A stretch of 64,000 bases of DNA from Balanoglossus misakiensis (Eukaryota; Animalia; Hemichordata): NCBI GenBank assembly GCA_040954595.2, contig CM082579.2, positions 6,127,625 through 6,191,624 on the forward strand, read 5' to 3'. The notes below the pieces were generated by a model. It was not told where the DNA came from and did not search any database. It saw nothing but the letters and a program-made list of their open reading frames with translations. Of this stretch, positions 39,701-53,900 are shown one piece after another (position 1 is the stretch's first letter; every line of letters begins with the position of its first letter). Made by a program: the position numbers and the translations under genes.

Positions 39701-40965
39701 CCAGTTTGTGCCCTGTCGGGAAAAAAATAGATCGCTTAAAGTGGATTGTGCCTCGAAAATCAAAGTATTGAACTTTCTCTCATATTTTGCTCAAGGTATT
39801 CTTCTCTTCAGACAGGTAAAATGCACCAGCGCACGGCCCAGGGGAAGTAAAAAAAGTACTTACCATAAAAACCCCGGATGATAGCCTGACGGCGGTCGCG
39901 AATATGTACTCTCCGGTGGATAAATAACCTTTGTCGAGTGCCAATAGCATCATCTTCCTGATTTGCGAATTGTACAGCGAAAAGACGATGACTAAATGCA
40001 AAATATAAAACGTGATGGTGGGTTAGAACGTAAATGCACTTTGTATCGTTTAAATGAAGCAGACAGACAGACAGACAGTCAGAGAGAGAGAGAGACAGAC
40101 AGACAGATAGATACAGAGACAGGGCTCTCCCCTCTCTCAGTGGCTCTGTCTCTATCTCTGGTGTTTTAGCACACAACCCGAGTGAGCAACGTGTTTTTGG
40201 ACTGCGCCGTTGGTACCTCTCAGAGGTTGGTGGTGGTGTAATAATTCAAAAACACACTATTAAAGCGATATACATGTGTATGAAGGATCAGCTGACAAGC
40301 TGAAACTTACTTCTCGCTTTCCTGGTCATCATGGTCAAGCTTTCTTCATAGAGACTTGAATTCGATGAATCAAAGGTGACTGTCTCATAAGTACAGTTGG
40401 CCCCGGTCAGCCTCTCTTGGAGGCCTTCAATGAGATATCCGTTGGAGGCATGCATCGTGCCCAATATTCCAATGTGACACCATCCGAATTTCCTCAGCGT
40501 TGTGACCAGCGCCTGTGCCATCTTCGAGTAGGGGGACACGGTGCGGGCGGTGGTGTCGTAGACGGACTTGTCCGACAGCTGCGACGAGGAGGCCAGGTAG
40601 GTCACGACGGGCACGTTCCACTGCGACGCCAGCAGTCCGGCGGCCACGGCCGCCGACGAGCACGCCGGGCCGATGAGCCCGGCGACGCCGTCCTGCTGCA
40701 CGGCGGTCACTACGCGGTCCAGGGACACCCTGTTGCTGCACCAGCTGTTGTAGTACACGAAGCTCAGCGTGTCGTTCGGCAGGATCTCCGAGTCGTTGTT
40801 GATCTTGTCGATGGCAACGTTCACGGCGGCGCCGATGCGGAAAGCGCTGAACTGAACCGACAAAGTGCTGATGAGAAACCCGACGGTGAAATTTTCCGCC
40901 AAGCTGGTGCTCAGGATGTTGAGAAGGAAGACGATGGCGACGTGCAAAGGCGTTCCGGCAATCAT
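30747..40965 (-). CDS. Receptor (membrane) guanylyl cyclase, natriuretic-peptide/speract-receptor family, 20 coding exons, 1053 aa
   Basis: Exons: 40965-40311, 39991-39864, 39712-39533, 39372-39237, 39108-38878, 38695-38532, 38351-38229, 36980-36903, 36170-36066, 35766-35695, 35173-35005, 33897-33736, 33545-33365, 33009-32869, 32755-32632, 32418-32350, 32074-31900, 31588-31490, 31103-31012, 30824-30747 (total 3162 nt, in frame). Domains in order: signal peptide, ANF-receptor ectodomain (IGPACS, WNVPVVT), TM helix ([24 protein letters not shown]), kinase-homology domain ([31 protein letters not shown]), dimerisation helix ([13 protein letters not shown]) and cyclase domain ([37 protein letters not shown]). 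The exact orthologue cannot be determined by eye. Confidence 0.95.
40060..40120. repeat. (AGAC)n/(AG)n microsatellite in the first coding intron of the guanylyl cyclase gene
   Basis: Seen directly. Confidence 0.88.
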
Positions 40966-43900
40966 CCCTTTCTCTCAAACTGCCAACGGACACAGAATAA
41001 AGGTTAAATCGTGTTGAATGTAGAGAACACTGACAGCAAGACTGTCATAATTAATACTAGCCACACTCACGCATCTGGTCTTCCGGATGAAAAACTATTG
41101 GTTCAAAATGTTACTCTTTGTTGGTCAGTGTTACGAATTAGCTAAGCGGAAAATGACCCCCAGAAATGTATTGGCCCTTGAAGTTCGTTGTCTTCACACT
41201 TCAAAGAAGTTTGTCGCAATTACATGGCTTGGGGCGCAAGGAGTGAAACAGGAATTGAGATTCACTTGTCCAAATGTATAGTCTTTCTCTTTTACTTTAG
41301 ACCAGGTGAATTCACGAATCACGAATCCTCATGTGCATCACTTGAATGACAAACCTCCGCGTAGGCCGATATCCTTGTATGATGAATTATCGAGTTACTC
41401 GTAACAGGTATAAAGTTTCCTTAGCTGTAAGGTTTTGCTGTTTTTCAGTGTTTTTTTTGCTCTTCTGTCAACGACATTTGTTTGTTCTACTCCCTACAAC
41501 GTGCTGAAATGCTCAGTAAAATCCACTGACCTCTGCGTGAACTACGTGACCTGAAAGGTCGTAGATACACGCAGATAAACCGAAACCACCATCGTGCCAT
41601 ACGGGAGTGAAAGGGTTAACAGAAGGAGAGCGGGAACCAGCCAACTTTTCAACATAGCGTGCGCATGTGTAGCGAACATTATATCCTTTGGCATATAGGG
41701 CCTAACATACGCAAATGGTAAACCATAACTAAGGTTACAAAATCAGGTATAGTGTGTTATGTTACAACGGAAACAGGCAACCCACGCGCGATATCAAGTA
41801 CAGCGCACAAATGATGTTATGATAAATTGCACCCAAGCGGTAAGCCTTGTGTTGAAAAAATCATACTATATTTTACAGCGTGATCGCATCGGAAAGGCGC
41901 GCCAAAATATTGAAACGAGACGCCAGACTCCGAGTCCAATTAGTGCATTTATTTTTTCGATTTTCAAATATGGCTATCATATCGTGTTCATATGTTACTC
42001 TACATGTATATGGAGGATAACGCACTATTGTTTGCTAATTCTGAACGTCACGAAAACTATTTTCCAATTTCAGAAAAACAGACGTGTCATGAAGTAACAT
42101 ATGAGAAAAGAGAAACTATGGGAACTTATTTGCACTCATACTTAGGGTTAATAGTGTTTGGATATCTTTCTTTAATTAAAAGTTGCAACTCATGGGGCTT
42201 TAACGGCGTAAACATGTCCAGGAATTATGAATATTGAAATGGGCACACTAACTTGTCCAGAATCAATATCAGAAAAGTTTATTGAAATGTATTGAATTGG
42301 CATTTATACATAGAAAAAAAAATCACGTAGGAAAAAATGTGATATTTGAGATTTTAAACAGATTTTCCTACAGGCGTTCAGGATATCTCTGTGCTGATTG
42401 GCTTGCGGAAACTCGGAAGAAAATGTTTTTTATCACTAAATAGGCGTGTGAATCGTGAGTAACAGAAAGACACGATGATCTGTAGCTTGAAAGAATTAAC
42501 GTCAGAGATCGCCGCCATTGTATCTGAAGTGTCGCGTAAAGAGATAACATTTCTGGTGTGAATGAGAGGAGTCCATCCCTAATGACGTCAGAACGATTAC
42601 TAAGTACTAGTATGTGACAAGTGATTTGCCGAGACGAAAATGTAAATTGCGTCTTGTTTTTTGTTTTGCCATTATCAATAATTACGACAGGATTACTTAC
42701 AGAAAGACCATATTTTTTTAAAGTTAGAGAAATTTGAACGACTGTCTATATACGGATTGGTAAATAACAGTACAGCTAGTTGCCGTAAAGCGCCCCGGGT
42801 AAAGCGCGCAGTGTTTCGTGCTTTCTCCGTGCCTAACTCGACAACCGTCGTTGTATAGACTTTCCTTGATTTCAAATTCAATTTGTTTCGATTTTTTTTT
42901 ATAATAACGACGACTGAAATGTTGGACTTCTATACGTTTTACGGGACCGTTGTTGTCTAGCTTTTGGTCGTGACAAGAACATTGGTTCAACTGCAAACTC
43001 AAAACCTTGACGCGGCTTGTGTCAACAGACACACATACGAACCCGAGAGGGAAGAGCAATTAAGGAAGATATCTTCATATTATGGGGAAAGCTTCAAGTC
43101 GCCACTCGGTACATTCTAACAAGTAACACTATATCGCGAACCCGAAGGTTTTGCCATTACCAATATGTTGAAGCGTGCATGCCATACATCCATTTAGGTA
43201 CAAGACATGGCCAGCGGTACAGGCTTTGCTAAACGTGTTTTTTTACCTCCTCATTTACAATTTCAGTTTCCATTCTTTGACAGAATCTTCAAAAGTGAAA
43301 GTTGATCACACTGCTCGGGATACCAACGAATACACGTAGATTGATCTCTGTACAATTCACGCGACATGCAGTCCTATCGCCAAACTCGCAGTTCATGCAT
43401 TAAAATCTCTTCCACAAGAGGCATTAAAAGATATCTGCAGTAATTATAGTCCGATCAAAGCCGGGAGGTGCTTAGAGAACACAAACAAATTCAAACGTGA
43501 TCTACTTGCTTTCCAAAAGTATGACCCTGCGCTTTGAAAAGTATATTCATGGCCTTCGCTTAGGAAGAAAACGTCACACACCCTTGGTCACACTGTTTTC
43601 TCTCGAATGAGCGACGGCGAGAAATGCGAATATTGTGAAATTTCGAGACACCGGGCGCCTTTTGTGGTCCCATACGCAGTAATATTGCGCACTACAAATT
43701 AACGTGACCATAGCGTGTACGACCGATGAAGAACAATCTGTCACTGTTTATGGTCATTATGTTTATCAAACAATGCAATATTGCCAGACATTCAGGTCTT
43801 TGAGGCAGGGAAATTCAGAGTCGCAGCAGCAGAACATCCATCAGGAAACCAGCAGTTTGCTTCCATCAACACCGAGATGTAAAATTAGCTCCAGCGTTCG

Positions 43901-44527
43901 GTAAGAGCAAATTTTGGTAACAGGGCAAAATGTACAGGATTAAAATTACTATTTGATATTAATACCGTTTAATCAGTTCCCTCCGCATTCAGAATTTTTT
44001 TTATCTTACAATATTGATTTTTGAGAGTTTTTATGGGCATTGACGTCATCATGGCGTACACATCAGTTAAATTTAGTTTTCATTATAATCAGATAGCCAG
44101 TTTATTAATCTCTCTATTGGTAAGAAATAAATCACAGATTTTGTCATTAAAGTTCAGCCAGAAGGTATCATTTATATTATACCCGTTGGTAAATCCATAA
44201 GGTAAATCCATATAACATCAAATCCCGATTGCCTAGATGGCACCAGTGGAGGTGGGGGGGGGGCACTCGTGCCTTGACGGTAGAGTGTTTTATCCAACCC
44301 CCCTCGGTTACTTCGATCCATCCCAAATCCTTGTATACTGAATGCAACGCAACGTTTCTGAATATGGAACCAATTTCCAGCAACCCCGGTTTATGAAAAC
44401 AAACAATGTTGTAGTTTCTTAATCGGATGAGTCAAGTTAAAACCAAATCGGTGACCGGGTTAATTACCCAAGGCCTGTCGTTAATCACATACACGAATAC
44501 ACCAGAAAACACAGAATGCGTATGATT

Positions 44528-44617
44528 CACAACACAACACAACACAACACAACACAACACAACACAACACAACACAACACCATAAGACAAAACAAGACAA
44601 CACGACACCACACCACA
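44528..44617. repeat. (ACACA)n pentanucleotide microsatellite with degenerate tail
   Basis: Seen directly. Confidence 0.92.
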
Positions 44618-44934
44618 CATATGCACGTGACAGCATAGTGGTAGTGTCGGTTGAAATGTATCAAGAAGGCCGGATAAGAAAATATTTCTATATAAAAAGC
44701 GTCAATTAAAGCCAGTATGAAAATGTGAAACGTAAATACCGAACTGAACGGCACATGCGGTTCCTACCTGGCGTGGGCTGACAGTAGTATTCGATCGGAG
44801 CAGGTATCAGCGATGAATTTGAAGCCCGAGCACACGCACATGTAGACGACGGACTCTATGCTGTCAAACTGACGGATGCAAAAACTTCTCTGCAAGTATC
44901 TGATCTGCAAAGCGACGCCCAGGGAAATACATCC

Positions 44935-44947
44935 GTAACCTAGCAAC
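44935..44947. promoter_or_regulatory. RFX X-box-like motif upstream of the guanylyl cyclase gene
   Basis: GTAACC-T-AGCAAC matches GTNRCC-N0-3-RGYAAC, in a CpG-rich stretch ~170 bp from a candidate 5'UTR donor at 44767. Confidence 0.3.
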
Positions 44948-46405
44948 CGACACATCAAACACGTGATTGCAGGGACGTGGGATTTCTCGACGGCGACCGT
45001 TGCAAGGTTCTTTGTGGACCGCGTGGAAGGTCTCACGGTGTTTCCAGAGTTGCAGCGAAACCAGAGTGACAACATGCACGCACAAACAATACCGCGCAAT
45101 ATAGGATATAAAATTATAATCTCATTTACAAATTATTCGACAAGTGATGAGATCAGGTAGGCGAAGAGTGGGAAGAACATTTACATTCAGCTTTGAAATC
45201 GTGATTTAAACACGATTGGAACTACACTTTGTGAGTTTACAATTCTCCGTTCTACTTTATATTTTAAAATAACCTGCAATTTATTTTTAAACAGAAAGAC
45301 AATTTGCAAAAACGTCAATGTTGTTCCGTGAAATTAGGTGGATTTATACGACATTTCTCTATATTATTCACGAAATAGTTCTTAATGTAGTTGTGTAGTG
45401 AAGTTTTCCATTTCATCCCCGCTTCGCTTTTGGCACATACACTAATCACCGCGTTCTTTCACGGAGTGTCACAATATATGACAGAACTGGACAAAAAGCG
45501 ATCAACTGTCACATGACCTTTTCGGACTCGTAGGCGAACGGGAGCAGTATACGTGTCTATGTTATCGGACACACGGGTCATTCTACGGGGAAGACAAATG
45601 AATGAATGGAGGTGATTCTCGCGAGAGAAGATAAATGCGCCGATGAAAAAAATGCAATGCTTGACATTTTCCTTTTGACCTGTGTGGCATGAAAATTCTG
45701 CGAAATCTCACAAAAACTCTACTCAGAATTTGCAGATAGCCTACAACCAGAAAAAAATGGCTTCAGTCGTGATTGAGAAGTCACGCATTAGGTTGTTCCA
45801 TACCGGTGGCAATATAACTCGACTCACACGGTTTGCACGGCACCACCTTTCATTGAAATCAAAACATGAAGTCGAGACGACTAGAGGTTTTTCGTAGACG
45901 TGAAGCAAACCGAAGCTCACTGCAACACAGCTTTGATCGAAACAGGGGTAAGTTCAACACCAGCCAAGGAGCGCAAAATCTCGACCAGCTTGAATCACAG
46001 ACTCGGGGTCTATTTGGAGCATTGTATCCGAATTAGCCCCTCAGAAAAGATAACGATCACGACTGGAAAGATGGTTAAATTGGGATTTCCAGTTCGTGAA
46101 AAGATATTTGCCGTTTTCCGGAGACACATGTAAGCTTATCTTCTCACCAACACCACGTACGTACACCGCATATATCACGGAAATACGCAAGCCACTGGGA
46201 GGAGGAGGAGGCGGGGGGGGGGGGGGTGTTGCAATAACGTCACTGCATTGTTGTCTCCATCCAGCACCTTGGCAACAATCCAATTATGCAAATTTAGTCC
46301 TTAGTGCTTTTGCTGCTTTTAGGGATTGGGGTCATTTTCAATAATCCCTACTCTTAACTTGGTGGAATACCACATTTGCTGCTCTGTCCCGGGGGCGGGG
46401 CTAGG

Positions 46406-46493
46406 TAGCCCTGCGTACAGGTCTGCGTGCTCCCGGCGTTACATGGTGGAGGCCGTGTAACGCTGGGAGCACGCAGGCCTGTACGCAGGGCTA
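46406..46493. mobile_element. 88-bp hairpin mini-MITE (TAG…CTA), termini similar to 29256-29345
   Basis: TAGCCCTGCGTACAGG(T)CTGCGTGCTCCC…GGGAGCACGCAGGCCTGTACGCAGGGCTA is a near-perfect palindrome. The flanks are only partly duplicated (GGGGCTAGG / GGGGTCATG). Confidence 0.7.
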
Positions 46494-47872
46494 GGGGTCA
46501 TGTCATACGACTGCATGTATCACAGTAAATTATGTGAGGGCGCTGTGTATGCCATTAAAGAAGCCACTCATCTATGCCACCAAGTTAAAGGGCAACGATC
46601 GTCCTATGCGCATGTGCCAAACCAGAGACTCTGGTTACAAAATTGCATACATACAGTCAATGCCATAAGGCAGTGTGCTGTCCTAACAACAGACAGCATG
46701 GCAGCAACCACAGTCTGTGTCGGAGATCGAGAAAAGACAGCAAATTGGGTGAAAAGACGGTACCAAAACAAACTGCAAATGTAGTGTCGCCTGAATTGCA
46801 TTTTCTGGAAAAGATTAATCTACACTCATATTCATGTGCTTGGAATGTGCCAAGACAGCAAACAACCTTTTGTACACTTTTCTTTTAACAAACACTTTTT
46901 AATGAAATCATTGTGATCAACACAAGGCAGATGCAGATTATGGTGCAAAAACAGCCATTTTTTGCTGTGCATATTTGAATAAAATGCTGACCACTTCAAT
47001 TTAGCATAATTATTATACACCTACAGTACTGCAGTTCCATCATAAAATACATTTCCATTTACACAGTAGAGGAGAGTATATTGTAAGTATTATCCTCAAT
47101 ATAGAAAATTGTCAGATTTCCATTTTTTAAACTACAAGTCACTTGTTATCATTAATTAAAAGGCTCTCTTGGTGGGATTGACTCCAGTGTACGCTGATTC
47201 AGAATCAAAGAATCCTTTACGGTTGGAGCTTTAAAAACAGGACTGTCTGCTCTTGCAAATGGCAGACACATGTATTATCGTATTGTCTACTGCAGGGTAA
47301 ACCCATCTTAACGTGAACCTTTTATTTTGCTCACGAAGACAAAGTTGTGACAGTGGTGTGATGCATGATCACAGTGATTAAACTTTGAGCGAGAATCCCT
47401 TGCAGTAAAATCCTTGATTTTGTGTCTTTTCATCGCAGTAACCGAGCCGCTGTCGTGTTAAACACACATGATTGGTAGTCAGAACTGGAAAGACGGTTTA
47501 GAAGTCATTAGAGTGAGAGAGCGGCTGCCCATCGGCAGTCATGCAAAGCTAGGTCACTGATTGAGCGAGTGCTTTTGCCAGCCTTGTGCGAATAACTCAT
47601 CCAAAGCAGTTGACTGAAATCCTGAAATTTGCTGCGCAGCAGCAGTTCCCTGGTGGAGACAATTTATACCATTCAAGACACGTGTTAAATTTCTACTTGA
47701 TAATGCTCTCGTGACAGCGACAAATCGCTCAGACTTATAAATTAAACTCCTTGACACAAACTAAGCAAGTTACACAGACATGTGAGACACCCTGACATAC
47801 TATAATCCAAACATCTGGGAAGACATACAGGCAGAAAACCTAGAAGACATTGAGATACTTCAACACACACCC

Positions 47873-47970
47873 AGACAGACAAACATCTTTTTACCCCCAG
47901 GCAGGCAGGCAGGCAGGCACACAGACAGACAGACAGACATACAGACAGACAAACAGACAGACAGACAGAC
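47873..47970. repeat. (CAGG)n/(CAGA)n microsatellite just 3' of the TtcA-fusion stop codon
   Basis: Seen directly. A second (CAGA)n/(CA)n tract lies at about 48229-48272 in the last intron. Confidence 0.9.
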
Positions 47971-47981
47971 TGAGCTGTACA

Positions 47982-50900
47982 TCAGAAGATGTCATTGTCT
48001 TCATCATGCTTGGCCGTCGTATTCTCAGAGGGGTGACCTCTTATCTTCTGCGACTCCAACCCAGTTCTGCTAATTGCCATCAAAGGTTTCATTGCGCTGA
48101 GCAGGCTGTGATACAGATCCGGGAACAGCAACTCCTGAGCAGCGAGAAGCTGTTTAGTCCGATGCCTCTCCTGGGTGAAATGAAAAGAAAATGGTATTAG
48201 ATGTTATCCGTAAAACATGAGATGTAGGACAGACAGACAGACAGACAGATAGACAGACAGACACACACACACAGAAATCGGTACAACTTTAGTTCATGTT
48301 TGTAAACACGTGAGCTAAAACGAAACCCTTCACCTTTTCACATAAATGAGCAATTGCTTGATTTAGTTAAATTTGCCAAATGGTATCAGTTTAAGGGAAA
48401 GTGGGACTTTTCAATATTAAAAGTACACCCTTATTTTGAGAAACACAGGAGAAAATAAGACAAAATCATGAACATGGAGAAATCGCAATAATGTTATTAT
48501 AAGCAATATGTCAATGTTGAATAGTGAAATGAGATTCTTTTCAATATTAACACATCATTGTACCACTGTTTTTGTTGGCTTTATGAACTTACAGGGGGTA
48601 GGGGTCGCATCCTGCATTTCAAATCGCCGGTATAAACCGGTTCTCTGATATTCAAAAATTACATTTTTTATGAGTTTAGAGTATCCGATTTGTATTCTAA
48701 GCCGTTCGTGGCTAGGGTTGGGGGGGGGGGGAAAGAACCACTTTCCTTAATTGTTTTCACAGACTGATGACGAACAAATAACACCCCCTTCTCTCTGATT
48801 TTGGGAACATGCATGAATAATCATTTTCTCCGAGAGTGCCACCTTGGGGAAGTAATTCCTTGATAATCTCATATCTCCACAATGCTAAGCAGTCATACAT
48901 TTTTAAAATCATATTTTGCTCCGAGTACCTTCAAATTCTGTCCATTCTAAATCAAGAAAAAGGCTTCTTACACTCCTGGCTGCTGAGAGTGTGGGATCGA
49001 ATTGATCCCACACTCTCGCAAAATCGAAAGGTCTATGTGACGTGAGCCCTGATTGAACGATAAGCATTCTTTAATCAATGCGCATTAAATGTTATCCAAT
49101 GGCGCGATGTGTAATACATGCATGAACAGGATTTACAACATGCCGAACAACACTTGTTCAAATGTTTCTAATGCAAATTTGGCTAATTTCTGTTCATGTG
49201 AGAAATAGAATCTCACGCACTAAGGACTTGGGATCTTATTTCCCACACAATATTTTATTGCACACCTGCCTGCGGCTCATGTGAGAAATATGATCGTAGG
49301 TCCTTGGGAGTGGATGATTCTACTACCCTGTGTTTATTATCCTGTTTAGTAACATGATATATTAGAAAGTGAAATCTGTGGCCGTGCACCCTTGAAGGAA
49401 ACATTTGAATTGCAATTATTTTTTTCCTAGGAATTTTTAAATACAGTGAACAGATCGACATAAAAAGACTCCAGGCAAGATTTGAAATTGTTGAATGGCC
49501 AAACAGATATTCATCTTTCCAGAAATCAGTCACCCTGTCATGCACAAAATGAATTCTGCCTCTGCATAGAAGGCAAAAAACCACAACCTGTGAATAACAG
49601 TACATTATGTAACTCAAGATGTAGTCAGCCTTCAAAAACAGCAATATTTTTTCCTGTCGAGCTAACACAATTCTCAACTAGCCTGTGGCGTTAACGGGTA
49701 TCATTGCTCCAAATCAAAGATAAAAAGCATAAAGGCGGTTTTCATAGAGCAGATGTAATTCTTATCACATGCAGCGTTACAAAACACCTCTTTCATAAGC
49801 CGTTCCCTGAATGGTTATAAAAACACGTAACACTTCTTTTGTGAGACAATTTCAACGCCTGTAATTTAAGACACAAGATTGTGTTGTATTCAAAAAGGAT
49901 TCAGCTGTCAATCAATGTGCAGGTCCTTGCTTTAACTACATGAAGTGTAAATATTGTATCAAACTCTTTTTGACATAAAGCAAATATATATGTTAGAAAG
50001 ATTGGACAATTGAAGAAATCAACAAATTGGTGCACTGGCTGCGCATGTCCTTTGCACAATTTCATTTTTCAAAGCCACTTATCTCATCAAAGAAATTCAA
50101 CATCGAACAGATAAATGTGAAAGAGAAACTGTTATGTATATCACATGAAAGGCGCAAATGGTCATGCTGAGTTATTGCCATGATCAGTGAATACGGTAGA
50201 AAATTACCCGACTCAATATTCCTAATGATGTGTGATACTTCTTTGTAATTCTGTTAAAGCCAATATTAGATGTAGAATTTCGCTCTGAGCAAGAAAAGCG
50301 TCTTTCCTGTTTATCTCACATCTGCAGCTGGAATGGTTCCACCAAACACTGCAACCGTGATGTAGGTACACACATATACAAATATCACTATATATCAGCT
50401 CAAAATATGATGGACAGTGACTGAATTTCAAATATCACAGGACAGCTAGCATAAAGGATACACGACCGGAAATTATCGACAAAAATAACTATTGTATTCC
50501 TAATAAGACCAAGCTGGCAACAAAACCAAACACACACACCATTACCCCCCCCCCAAATGTTAGGATATGAAATATGTGACTGGCAGCGAATTTAAGATTT
50601 GAACAAATGAATTGATGTAAAGCTTTTATATGTAAGAATATTAGTGGGCATGAAACATTAGTACATATATAAAAGCCAGAAAAATGCAGGACTTCTTTGC
50701 AAGGCATCAGATGGACGGCGTAAAATATGCAACCTCGGCAAATTAACCGAGTTCCATTGAGTGGCACAGAAAGAGAGATGGCCTGAGTACCCAACTGATC
50801 CAATTAGTGTAATGGTTAAGTATTAATAGACAACTCTGTCGTTCAAATTCTACTTCTCAATCAGATTAGAGCGCTGTTATTTACAGCTGCTGCGGACTAA

Positions 50901-53900
50901 GTCCTGTGATGCACACGCGTAGCTGATCCATCAGGCAAGACCGATAAATGTGAACTTCTATGTTTTCATCATGCTTTAGGCCAGATATCAAATGATTTAA
51001 TGAGGCCAGGTTACTGCCTCTGCATGGCTAAAGGTTTCAATTTCATTGCCTTTCTTTTTGGTGGCTTCTCATTTTTATTTTTGTTTTTAGCTCCTGCACT
51101 ACGTCGACCAGTGACAGACAACTTGCCAAATGGTATGAAACGCACACACAATTTGCAAGTATGATTGGAATCCATTCATGCTGACTCTTGTCTAACATGA
51201 GTATTAGAGATTGCATGCAAGTACATCATAGGGGACTATTCCCGACACATGCACATTGGATGCTTACATCAGAGTTGATCAAAGTAAAATGAAAATGAAA
51301 CCAGGTGGAAACTTGTATTCCCTGATCGCTTACAGGCTTTTATAATAAAGAAAACACTGTAGGTTTTTACGATATGCTCCACATGCAAGACTTTGGCATT
51401 TGTTTCACTTAGTGAAACCTTTCAACTCAAGTCTAGAGGATGAAATTCTGTTAGGACACCATTCAGGTGATCTGCTGATCGAGTTTAGTGGAGATCTGCA
51501 GCTGACGTTTCTTATCACGCTTGATTTTGCAAGTACATTATAGGGAGGGAGACCAGTGTTTTTTCAGTTTGTCTCAGCAACACCAAGTGTTAACAAGGAT
51601 AGACCACTGTTCCCATACATTCATGTCTGCTTTGAAATTCCTCCCAATGCAGTTCCTCATTCAACTTGCACATACAATCAATCTAGAACACATCCTTTGT
51701 CCACTGACGTTGCATCACATCGGCTTTCAGAAGAATACATATTACTTCGTGAACGATTACAAATACATGTATCTCAAAAGAACCACAAGGGGGAGGAGGG
51801 TGGTCCCTAAAGATAAATTCCGACACAGTTTACCACCCCCCGCCCCCTACGCACACACACAACATGAAGATGACGTCTAGGTTTCCAACTGTTTTGTCAG
51901 TTACCTTGGGGGCTTCAAAGCATGCTGGGCAATTCTCCGCGATCACGGGCAACTTTGTCTGTGGGTGGTAATCAAAAACGAGAGAAAGCGTGTCAATACA
52001 AGATTCTTTGGAGCAAAAGTCCACACCACCTACGAACACACGTTTTGCCTATACGAACACACTCTACATACTTGTGAAAAACCACAGCAAGTATATGGTG
52101 TCAGCAAATACATGTATTACTGTATGCAAGCATTTTTAATACATTTTTGTATTATAGGAGTATAGAGCAAGAAATTGCATATACTATGAACGTTTTGGTC
52201 ATTAACTGACGATTGTGGTATCTCACCTGCTCTGCAAATTGCCTGGTGTCCTTCTCTCTGACGTAAACCAGCGGTCTGATGACTCTCAGATCTCCCTCCC
52301 TGCAGCAAGACAATCAAACATTCTTACAACACATATCAACTTGTAAATTTGTAACTGGTTTTCGTACAATGGAAATCAACTTGTAAATGGTACATGTATA
52401 ACTTTTACATGTTATGGATCTAAGTACGTGCAGTTGCCTGACTTACCTCACAAGATAATTTGCTTTCATGGTCCTGAGGAAGCCATTGTGAAATGCTGAC
52501 ATCAAGAAACTGAAAATGAATAATACAAACCAAGAAAAATAGTCTCAAAGTAACTATATACATATTTAGTAGTAAAGAGTGTCAAGAGATATTTTACCTG
52601 AGTGTATTTAACAATTTAATCTTTGCGATTAACAGTTCTGTCTTTGTAATAGGATATATAAAAATTGTTCAACTTTTGTAATTTTTTCTGCTACATTTTT
52701 GTAACATACATCGTAGCCGAAATCTGCCATCTTGGAATCTGTTGAGGGGGTCACACATGATGTATGTGGGTCAAGACTAACCTTTCAGCCAAGTCGTCTA
52801 AATGCTGTCCCATGGCCAGCACATTGTAGTTTTCCCGCCGAGCACAATGGTAGATCCTGCCTCTCTTCATCCGAGAACAGAAACTACATATTGACTCGCA
52901 AGCAGCCAGGGATTTCGCTTGCTCCAGAATTCCTACAACAGAAGAGAGGATCGATACAAAATCTACGGATATATCTTTATTATTAGTTCAATGCGATGAC
53001 ATGTTGCTTTTGTGTTACATACTGTTAAACGGGTTATTTTACGCGACAGGAACAACCAGGCAATGTCTAGCAAATGAGTCATTCCTCCATTTATTTCAAC
53101 TCTTCACTTTTCACAGACAACTTCACTCCGGACAAAAAAAAGACCCTTCTCAGAAACTTCCGACCAGCTGCTCAGAAATGTCAAGCTTATATTCCACGAA
53201 AGCTGCAGATTCCCAATATCTAGCGTAAAATATAATCGATTTTTGCCTGTGACTATTTCTCCTAATACCACATATTTAAGCTTTCCTCGATTCAAATAGC
53301 TCCTATATAATGCATGAAATGCTGTTTATCTTTGCAATACATGTATTTACTCAAAGAACCGCGGTCCTTTGGGACACCGCTATAGCAATAAGGCTATCTT
53401 CCTCCTACTCAAATGACAGAATCTGCATGAATTATCCATCACGTTCTATTCCCCATGGTTGGTGATGCTCTTAGATTTACTACCTGTAATCTGAAGCTTC
53501 AAAAAAAAAATCGACTAAATGCATATTATATTGTGGGAGGTAAAATGGGGACTGCTGGAGAGGTTATCATAATACTGCCGAGGTTCTAATGTATACATAT
53601 ATGCCTATGAAAACTGCTTCCAGTGCTGGCATGACCTACCCTGTTCTTCATAGAAATACGGTATTCCCAGGGCTCCGAGGTACTCCTTTAATGGACTCGG
53701 GTCGTACGACGCAGTCTGGGGATCCACGGTTACGGCACCGAGGTCAAAGGTCACACCCTGCAAAAACAAGAAATTGTAGCAAGAAATTCAGAACCTATGA
53801 GTTTTAAAGCTATATCTCCCCCCCCCCCGAAATCTTATGATGTACTTGATTTACTTTTTTTCCTGAAACAATCTTACAATTCATTTATTTCACTATTAAA

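Noticed and set aside
40417-41007. Overlapping 196-aa (+) and 188-aa (-) ORFs
   Set aside because: Shadow frames produced by the high GC3 of the guanylyl cyclase exon.
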